A stretch of DNA of 63,437 nucleotides, counting the filler, from Octopus bimaculoides (Eukaryota): the NCBI RefSeq assembly GCF_001194135.2. It is 5 parts of 3 records of this genome, joined end to end, with 100 filler letters (N's around TTAATTAATTAA, not from the genome) between each part and the next. Parts side by side here need not be neighbours in the genome. Positions count along the whole stretch, not along the records: positions 48,949 to 63,437 come from NC_068987.1; 4 more parts are not named here. One strand, 5' to 3'. Below are positions 54,153-63,437 of this stretch, piece after piece. Below the pieces are notes generated by a model. The model saw only the letters and a program-made list of their open reading frames with translations, was not told the origin of the DNA and made no database searches. How positions within the stretch are numbered: the first letter of the stretch is position 1; every line of letters starts with the position of its first letter. The translations under genes were made by a program, and so were the position numbers.

Positions 54153-56419
54153 CCGTCAGCATCCCACACATAGCCTATCATATGCAATGAGTTTTGGTTA
54201 AGGCAGATACAGTGTTGGCTCATACCAACAGGGAGATATCAAAGTGTCAGTACATTACATTAGGAAAAAAAATCTGCTTAAATGAGTCACAATTTTGAAT
54301 TTGTACCAAGCAATACTGCATATCCTGTATATAATAAAAAGTGACGTGTGTGTGTGCATGGACATATATGTATATGTATGTACACTTTTCACAACATCAG
54401 TAATAAAAGCAGCACATTTGCATATTTTTATAAACTAAAAAAAAAGTCAGAAAAGAATAAACAAAAGATAAAATATGGAAAAAGAAAATATACATACAAA
54501 AGAGACAATCTGTATCATCAAGTATGAATTTCTAAACAAGAAAAATATCCTAAACTCCAGTGAGGGTTAAGATCAAAATCTTTTCAGCCACACCCATCCT
54601 AGCTGAGATCTTTATCCATAACGTATAGGTTCTTTATTTTCTAAGATGATTTTTTGGTGACACTATTACCAACTTAAACTTGAGGGAAATTAGGATATTA
54701 TTTGTACCACATTGAGGCTTTGGCTTGTTATACAGGTGTATCTAGGTAGCTGCGATTGTGGAGAAAGAAAGGGTGTCAACAAAACCTAATACTTTTAATG
54801 TTTTTTTTTTCTTTTTTATAAATAGTATGACATTAACCTGCTTAGCATGTCAATTGAAAACTATCTTAAAAAAAAGACCCTGCCATAAACAAATAAGAAA
54901 ATTATAGAAAAACTGGTTGGCTGGTGTGAATACCCAGAAGGTATGAGACCATTAGTAAAAATACTGAGCAATCAGTAATCCCATTATGAAGGACATTTGT
55001 TTACAGTAGTATAAAACACGTGAGAGAATAGGTCAATAACCAAGCCTCTACATTGTTACTTAGCCTGCTAGAAAGAATAGCCATATCTCACTCGAATCAC
55101 ACATTCTACTATCCTAAACAAAACTGATACACTGGATAGTATAGTCTTGGATACACTATACCTAAAAGAGAGGGAGAGAAAAGGTAGGATGGTCTTGGTT
55201 TAAATGTTTTTAATTGTAGTATGACTGCTTGATCAGAACCAAATTGGTGCTAAGCAACATACAGAGGAGAGAGAGAGAGAATGCATGCACATACACAAAT
55301 ACACACACATGCACTAAAAGACACTGAAGAAAACTGCTGAATACACCTGCACCAACACTCACCAAATACTGGCCCACAGCCAAACTTGTTTCTCTCTGTT
55401 TCTTCTGCTTTTTTCTATACAATGGATAGTTTAGCAGGAGCTGGTAAGTCAGATCTCTGTGTAAAGCTCTACTGTCAGCTTTGGTATGGCTTCTACAGTT
55501 GGATGCCCTTCTAATGCCAACCACTTTAAAGAGTGTACTGGGTGCTTTTTATGTGGCACCAGCACCAGTGATTTCACCTAAGTAACTTGCAAGAAAAGAC
55601 CCCTCAACTGAGCAAGGGGAGTAGTAATGAGGGAGATGACTTTGTGCTAGATGATGAGTATGAATATAAGAACAGAATGAAGTGTCTTGTAGGAGAGGAG
55701 ACACATGGCCACTCCAGTTGGAAAGAGAGAGAGAGAGAGGAGAGAGGGAGAAAGATGGTGAAGCAGATGTGTCGAGGTGTACTCTCAAGTCACAAAGATG
55801 TTTACAGAGGAGTGGATAGGGTGTGTGGGTAAGAAAGTTCACAAAAGTTCAAAAAGGGTGTGGGAGATGGAGGGGAGGAGAATGCAGTGTGTGAAAACAG
55901 GTGGAGAGAGGGGGGTATTAAGAAGTTATGTTATAGGGACAGAGCAAGTAAAAGAACAAAAAACTAGATAATATATTGCAACAATAAAAGAATATACTGC
56001 AAGGGAGGGTATATATTGGTTTCAAATTTTGGCACAAGCCTAACATGGAACAATAATATGCAACAATTAAATAATAGAGTGAGTAAACTATGGAAATCTT
56101 ATATAATTGTTACAAGAAACAATACAAATTCACCATTATTGACTTCTCCTGCTAAAAAATTGGCAACATATTTGAAGCTATTATAATGGCTTGACAATGT
56201 CATCAGGTGATTGCAATGGATTATTTCTGCATTACCATTATTTCATTACGTATACGATGCAAAATTTAGTGAAGCCATAAAACATGAAAATGTAAGGATA
56301 TTCTAAGCTGTGTCCTTTATGAAACAAAGTTAATTATAACGAATAGACAAAAGGATGGTACAGTTGCGGTGGCCTGAGCTTGACACAGCCAAAATTGCAG
56401 AAAAAAAAAAAATTTTGTG

Positions 56420-56816
56420 AAGTTGTTGTTGTTGTTGGCACTCCGTCGCTTACGACGTCGAGGGTTCCAGTTGATCCGATCAACGGAACAGCCTGCTCGT
56501 CAAATTAACGTGCAAGTGGCTGAGCACTCCACAGACATGTGTACCCTTAACGTAGTTCTCGGGGATATTCAGCGTGACACAATGTGACAAGGCTGGCCCT
56601 TTGAATTACAGGCACAACAGAAACAGGAAGTAAGAGTGAGAGAAAGTTGTGGTGAAAGAGTACAGCAGGGGTCACCACCATCCCCTGCCGGAGCCTCGTG
56701 GAACTTTAAATGTTTTCGCTCAATAAACACTCACAACGCCCGGTCTGGGAATCGAAACCGCGATCCTATGACTGTGAGTCCGCTGCCCTAACCACCGGGC
56801 CATTGCACCTCCACAT
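56420..56816 (-). mobile_element. tRNA-derived SINE, family C, with an (AAC)n tail; CpG-rich and apparently young
   Basis: Head GTGGAGGTGCAATGGCCCGGTGGTTAGGG...GGTTTCGATTCCC with A- and B-box-like motifs; tail (GTT)n on the plus strand. Confidence 0.75.
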
Positions 56817-57529
56817 TTTGTGAAGTACCAAATGTATTTCAAACAGAGATATTGAATTAGCAGAGCTATTAGAGCATTAGTACTTGTTTGAATTGTCTGT
56901 GCTCAGAGTTCCAATCCTGCCTAGGTTAACTTCATATTTCATCTTTTTGTACTCAATTTTTAAAAATACCAATCCAGAGCAGTGGACTGGCAGAAATGTG
57001 AGAGATTTAGGCAAGATGTCTTGTGGTATCTGCTGCAGTTCTTTGCACTCTGACAGAAAAGACTGCAGCAACACTAGTGAAAGCTGTATTGGCCCAAGTT
57101 ACAAGTATTTCCCTGGAATGGACACAGGCAGGATAAAGAGGTGTGACTTGCATGCATGGACAATAGCCAATCTTCTTAAATATAACCCCGCCTGTTGATA
57201 AAGCTTTAAGAAATGCTAATAAATGGCACTATATCCTTATCCGTACATCAGAAAAGAGAGAATGACACTATCAAATGCTTTGGAGCAGTTCAAAGATTAT
57301 CAGTGCTTAGAACTATCACATTATAGCCTTCAATCATGTTTGTAAATAGAATGATTCTTATAAAATCCATCCCTGTTGTAAAGTGTGCAAGATTTGTGTT
57401 TTAATCATTCCAAATCAAAGGCATGATGAGGTTAGGATCAGGCTAACACCTTATAGTTAGGGTTTGTAACTGGATAATGAAGTAGAATATTTTTAATTAC
57501 TCAAGATTGTACCTGCATTGTGGAGACTC

Positions 57530-57733
57530 TAGGCACACGGCCCGAAATTTTTGGGAAGGGGGCCAGTCGATTAAATCGACCCCAGTACGCAACTGGTACT
57601 TAATTTATCGACCCCGAAAGGATGAAAGGCAAAGTCGACCTCGGCGGAATTTGAACTCAGAACGTAAAGACAGACGAAATGCCACTGAGCATTTCGCCCG
57701 GCGTGCTAACGTTTCCGCCAGTTTGCCGCCTTA
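57530..57733 (-). mobile_element. tRNA-derived SINE, family B (OR-like)
   Basis: Head AAGGCGGC.A.CTGGC.GAAACGTTAGCACGCCGGG and B-box-like GAGTTCAAATTCC. Copies also at 6615-6835, 7715-7922, 25666-25754 (+) and 34005-34085. Confidence 0.85.
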
Positions 57734-58361
57734 GGAGAGGTAAACATTGTTGAACGATGATTATGTCAACCGAATAAAACAAGGGAGACAACTCAAGATA
57801 ACAAATTTTGAAATTGGTTGACAATTCAGAGTAATGAGTAATTAAAATATGAAAGTGGCAGGATAGAGAACAGTCTTATATAAATAGGGGGCTTAACAGA
57901 TTTTCTTCCTCTTAATAACTTCTGTTGTGAAGGGTACTAAAATATCAATATGTAGGGAGTGATGTTTTTCTTTTTTTAGATTATTTACAAACAGGAAAAA
58001 TACTTTGAAAAGCATAAGGAGGCAATAATAGTTTTGTTATTTGATACTTTTGTTCTTTAATACTTTCTTTAAATATATATATATATATATATATATANNN
58101 NNNNNNNNNNNNNNNNNNNNNNNNNNNNNNNNNNNNNNNNNNNNNNNNNNNNNNNNNNNNNNNNNNNNNNNNNNNNNNNNNNNNNNNNNNNNNNNNNNNN
58201 NNNNNNNNNNNNNNNNNNNNNNNNNNNNNNNNNNNNNNNNNNNNNNNNNNNNNNNNNNNNNNNNNNNNNNNNNNNNNNNNNNNNNNNNNNNNNNNNNNNN
58301 NNNNNNNNNNNNNNNNNNNNNNNNNNNNNNNNNNNNNNNNNNNNNNNNNNNNNNNNNNNNN

Positions 58362-58708
58362 ACTGCATGGCACTTTGGGCAAGTGTCTTCTAGTATAGCC
58401 TCGGACCGACCAAAGCTTTGTGAGTGGATTTGGTAGACGGAAACTGAAAGAAGCCCGTCGTATATATGTATATATATATGTGTATGTGTGTGTATCTGTT
58501 TGTGTGTCTGTGTTTGTCCCCCCCCCCTCAAACATCGCTTGACAACTGATGCTGGTGTGTTTACGTCCCTGTAACTTAGTGGTTCGGCAAAGAGATCGAT
58601 AGAATAAGTACCAGGCTTACAAAGAATAAGTCCTGAAGTCGATTTGCTCGACTAAAGGCGGTGCTCCAGCATGGCCACAGTCAAATGATTGAAACAAGTA
58701 AAAAGAGT
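58362..58708 (+). mobile_element. SINE family A copy (head partly in a gap)
   Basis: Reverse complement of the 50726-51137 copy; another plus-strand copy lies at about 60175-60535. Confidence 0.85.
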
Positions 58709-61214
58709 AATATATATTTAGGACTCTCGTTTAACTATACTTTATTCACTCCCTTCTTCACCTCTCATGAATGTGATAGGAGCAACATCCATGATACGAT
58801 ATTTCAGAAACATTGATACCATTTATATAGCACACACAATTGAATAACTCTTACATGTCCTTCACTGAAGGTCACTTTCAAATTTCCATAGTAACATGAA
58901 TTGTTTTATTTACATTACTATCACCTCATCACGTATGCAATATTAAATACGCAGTTCTAGACATGACACGGCGTTCCAAAAGTAATTCAATGGCATTATC
59001 ATAATTTATACCGTTCATCATCTATATGAAATTGGAAGGAATGATTAATCGAGTTTAAGAAATTTTTTGATTCAATAATGAAAGTTTTACTGGAAGTATG
59101 CAATTCGAAAAAAAAACACAAAGTTGACGTTCAGGAATTTTTTTTTTTATGTGTTTCAGTCATTATTAGACTGCGGCCATGCTGGGGTCCCACCTTGAGG
59201 AAAGTTTAATCGAATAACTCTGTCGGTGTTTTTGCCGAACTGCAAAGAGGACGTAAATACACCGGCACCAGTTGCCATGCGGGGGGTGGGGAACAAACAC
59301 TGATACACACGCATATATATTAATATATACACAAACACACGACGAACTTCTTTCAGTTACCATCTACCAATTCCACTCACAAGGCTTTAGTAGGTCTGAT
59401 ACTATAATAGAAGACGCTCGCCCAAGGTGTCAGGCAGTGGGACTGAACTCGGAACCATGAGTTTGGAAAGCAAGCTTCTTACCATATAGCCACGCCTGCG
59501 TCTTCACTTTCTACGTGTTGATGATTAAGGTCTGTAGAATTATACAAAATTAAAAACTTTTGTGGGGGGCGGGAAGAATTAGATTGTGACTTTCGTATTG
59601 AGTTCTGAAATGCATTACCAACGTGAGAATTGAAGTAGCTGCACAAAAAGGAAGCGGATCACAGATTTCGCTACTTATATCAATTACATTAACAGTCTTG
59701 AGTAAGTATTGAGAAAATAAAAATGGTAAATCTTTTTTTTTTTTTTTTCATGGTAGACTACAGAGTATAATATCGATCGCATACGTCTCAGTAATTTTGA
59801 TAGTATTTCTCTCATCGAAAGAGTAAAAACCGAACTCGATCTCGGATGAGTTTGTATGCACAGCTGCAAAATATACAAATATCATGTGCATTTAGATTAT
59901 AGAATAAGCAAATAATATCTACATGGATAACTAGACCAGACGTTATAAATAGCGATCTTTCCGCCTGTTATGTACATACATAATTACCTGAAAACTGAAA
60001 TTAAAATGAGGACAAAATAAGTAACGAGGGAAATATGGTACTTACTCGTTTAACTTCGTTTATTATTATTTTTCTCAAAATACTAACCCTACCAACTCCA
60101 ACTTTTCTAATACACTTTCTATAGATATTTATACTGCGAATATCCAGAGTCAGAATCTACAAAACAAATTTGCGATGGGCAGTGTGGTTAAGAAGTTCGA
60201 TTCGCGACCTTGTAATTTTGGGTTCAATTCAATTGTGCGGCACCCTAGGCAACTGTCTCTTAACACTATAGCCCCGAACCGATTAATGGCCTGGGAGTGA
60301 AATTACATGGAAACCCGTTGTATATACGAGTGTGTGCGCGCGCGCATTTTTGTGATTACCGCCCCACCATCGCTTGACAACTGGTATTGGTTTATGTAAG
60401 TTAGTGTCCAGCAAAAGAGACCGATGGATTAAGTACCAGACTTAAAAATAAATACTACGATCGATCTTTTAAACCAAATTCTTCAAGGTGGTGCTCCAGC
60501 ATGGCCGTAGTCCAGTGACTGAAACAAGTGAAAGAATACAGAAAACAAAAATAGAATAGGAGTTCACTTTCACTTAATCAAACTGTATTTAATATCACTG
60601 CATTTGGCAGCCAGCGAACTTGGGTTAAACAGTTCATTTATACGTTTTACTTGTCTATCGCAATTTGAACAACGCAAGAAGCAAAATATACGCAAAAAAG
60701 AAAATAAAATGAACAAGAAATGGCATCCCTATACAAGTGTGCCCCATTCACTGACTTTGCTTCCTCGCAATTTTAGAAAAGTTGATATTTTTTTGATAAG
60801 TTCTATAAATATCTTTCAGATGGTGTAGACTCCATTTTTTTAATTGTTTATTACATTATATTACAAACATTTCAAAACCAAGTTTTTACAATATTTCTCA
60901 AAAAATGAATATAAAATTGTTCACAAAGGAGGTTGTTATTATTATCATCATTGTCATCATACATCTTCTAAAAATAATTACCAAAAATTGAATCGTTTGA
61001 TTTTCTTGAATAAAATTTTGATGGAGAAAATGGAATTAAAATGGTCGATCAGCTTAAGATAATAAATAATTGGTATATTAACGTCAGAACTAACAACAGA
61101 TTTTTTTAAAATTAACATAAACATTTATTTACATGAAAGAAAATTACCGGAGAACTTTCATCTAATTCTTCGAAATCTTTCTATAAACACTATATTGAAA
61201 CCATTGGTAGGGAA

Positions 61215-63437
61215 TTTTATTTATCACATCATCTGGTTGCACACCATACGGTTTAACGGAACCAGCACGCACGCAGCGTAACCAAAGGCGACGGCGAGGC
61301 TAAGGTGTTGCGAAAGCCAAGCACACTCAAGGGCATCGCCTGACAACTCGGTGAGTCGAACTGCCAACGTTGACAAGAACTTCACGGTTAGTAGCCCAGT
61401 CCCTCCAAACGTCTCAAAAGCCACAGGTTGGTAGGGATAGTTCACTGTCAGGTCCCGGTACTTTGCCTGCCAAAGGGGAGCAAACGTGAATCGAGGAAAG
61501 AAAATAGGGAAGAGATAAAGACGAGCACTTGCGCAGACCTAGACCACCAAACCGTTTGGGCAAAGCAGCTTGGTCACGGGAGTCTGGAGAGTGTTTGATA
61601 TTGACCAAGCATTCGAATTTCCTGAAGATTAGGTTGTCAAAGTCAGCGTTGGATTAATCATTAAGCAAAATAAGTACGTACTTCGGGCATCGAAGGAAGG
61701 AGGGGGCACCACAGAAATGTTAAATGGTTTACGGCACAAAAGAAATCCACTTTAAACTTGCTAAAATAATATTCGGGATACTTTTATCGCTACTAAGTAT
61801 AGATGCAGATGTGTTACCTAAGATTAATTTTGAGCATCTGATCAAAGATTTTGCAGTTCAAAAAAGTAAGAGAAAAATTTTCTAATATAAATAAAGTGGA
61901 AGTNNNNNNNNNNNNNNNNNNNNNNNNNNNNNNNNNNNNNNNNNNNNNNNNNNNNNNNNNNNNNNNNNNNNNNNNNNNNNNNNNNNNNNNNNNNNNNNNN
62001 NNNNNNNNNNNNNNNNNNNNNNNNNNNNNNNNNNNNNNNNNNNNNNNNNNNNNNNNNNNNNNNNNNNNNNNNNNNNNNNNNNNNNNNNNNNNNNNNNNNG
62101 TTTCGTTTTGAAAAATGAAAATTTATTTTATGGTTTGTTATTGTTTATATTTTGAATTACATAATATTTTATGGGGGTACCAAAATCTTTTAAGTGCTTA
62201 GGTCCTCAATGGGTCTTAATCAGGCCCTGGTCAAAGTATTGAAGGGACGACAGGAATCTGTAAAAGGGACTAACTCTCAGAAAATACAATAGCTTAGGAA
62301 CTGACAAGTAATTCTTAAGTATAAAAAAAACCATTGGCTTTTAAAAAGTTGTTTGAGGTTAGCTATTTTGGATCTAAAGATGGACTCGAAAGCTAGGTCA
62401 GTAATTGGGGATCCAAATGTGTACCACGCTGATGAAGGAGGAATCGCAATTGAGAGGAGGGAGTCAACAAATAGTTTAATAGTCTGCTCATGCGAAGATG
62501 GGTAGTTGAGGAGCCAGAGCTCGCATTTGGAGCTGTTAAAGCTAAGAGCTCTACGAACAAGTTCCTTGATCATCGTCCTCGCAAGCAACTTGTCAGGAGG
62601 GTCTCCCAAATAAGCATCATTGAGTTACCAAGACATTTAGGTCTAGGTCGGCTCCTATCTTGGTAACATCATCAATACTCAATGCGAATTGGGTAGGACC
62701 AAGTAGGTCACCCTGCTGGACTCCAGAGGCAGATGAGATGAGGTGGTCACTAAACGCGAGATAGGAGGGCTCCCGATAAGCTTGCCAAGCAAAGTGATAA
62801 ACTGGTGGGGAATTCTCCCTTACTGTGCGGAGGATGACGTCTCGACTGATGGAGTTAAAAGTATTCTTAGGGTCTAGTTTGAGGATGACCTTTGGGGACT
62901 CAGAGGGTAAGTTGGTTAAAGCTGAATAGGGGAAAATTCCTCGGACAGGCAGCTGGAAGCTGAGGACAGGCACACTTTTGCTGTGAGCCGTCGCAGAGCA
63001 CAGCCAACTGCTATGGGGCAGATGTCACCGTTGGGCTTGGTAAGACCAAATAGTTTGGCCCCAAAGAACAGGGGACGAATGTAGGCAAGGACACTCTCAG
63101 ACGAGAGCAAGTTTATGAACTGTGTTAGGTTCTCCAAGAGTTCGAGCCCAGTATCACCAGCTAGCAGGGAGATACCATCCTTGAGATGCTGAGATCGTAA
63201 GCCATCGATCCCAGTGCCAGAACCCGCTGGAAAAGAGGCAGTTGCCCTCCTGAAATTGTCAGGGGTGAAGACGGGTTGTAGAAAACTTGGTGGGTCGGGC
63301 CAGTGTGGGTGATCGTTTGGAGGGGCCGGAGGATGTTTCTCCTTCAGTTGGTTGAGGGAGTCTGTGGTCCATGGGACGAGGGAGGACAGAAAGCGAACAG
63401 CTTCTTTAATGTCAAATTCACTGAATTAGGCATTAAC
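61215..63437 (-). mobile_element. CRE-clade-like non-LTR retrotransposon (RT plus C-terminal restriction-like endonuclease region), degraded; runs off the window end
   Basis: PIAVGCALRRLTAK, LKLDPKNTFNSISR, GVQQGDLLGP, LPKRFGGLGLR and PVAFETFGGTG...RLTELSGD...LSQHLSLAV. AATAAA after the stop (~61216-61221). Interrupted by a hAT at 61644-62229. Confidence 0.75.
61644..62229 (+). mobile_element. Non-autonomous hAT transposon nested in the CRE-like element
   Basis: Perfect 8-bp TSD GTCAAAGT (61636-61643 and 62230-62237); imperfect TIRs CAGCGTTGGATTAA / CAGGGCCTGATTAA; residual transposase C-terminus NFEHLIKDFAVQKSKRKIF*. Confidence 0.88.

Noticed and set aside
56884-57198. Cys-rich 104-aa ORF
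   Set aside because: No recognisable domain, splice structure or second copy; likely old repeat-derived sequence.

Overview
AT-rich, microsatellite- and transposon-dense eukaryotic scaffold with many N gaps. The SINE families, C2H2 array and repeat content point to a cephalopod (Octopus-like); this is an inference. There is no bacterial content, CRISPR array, rRNA or true tRNA gene. Host genes are visible only as isolated exons, all on the minus strand: two 5' coding exons of KATNAL2 (2707-2763, 1285-1355), the last two exons of a LIV-1/ZIP (SLC39) zinc transporter (34898-35085, 33797-33928) and the first coding exon of an NQO1/NQO2-like quinone reductase (50296-50464). A C2H2 zinc-finger pseudogene is interrupted by a MITE. 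The rest is a transposon graveyard: Tx1/L1-like, CR1-like, CRE-like and Penelope retroelement fragments, a full-length DD34D mariner, a maT-like element, a hAT with a perfect 8-bp TSD, MITEs, Helentron-like non-autonomous elements and many tRNA-derived SINEs. The most interesting pattern is that a Tx1-like LINE, two diverged ORF1-only elements and one SINE variant all end in the same hairpin+AATAAAGAA tail with compensatory stem changes, suggesting a three-tier parasite system sharing one RT. Also notable are a ~430-bp-arm palindrome next to the NQO exon and hammerhead-like motifs. All alignments were done by eye, and boundaries of degraded elements are approximate.
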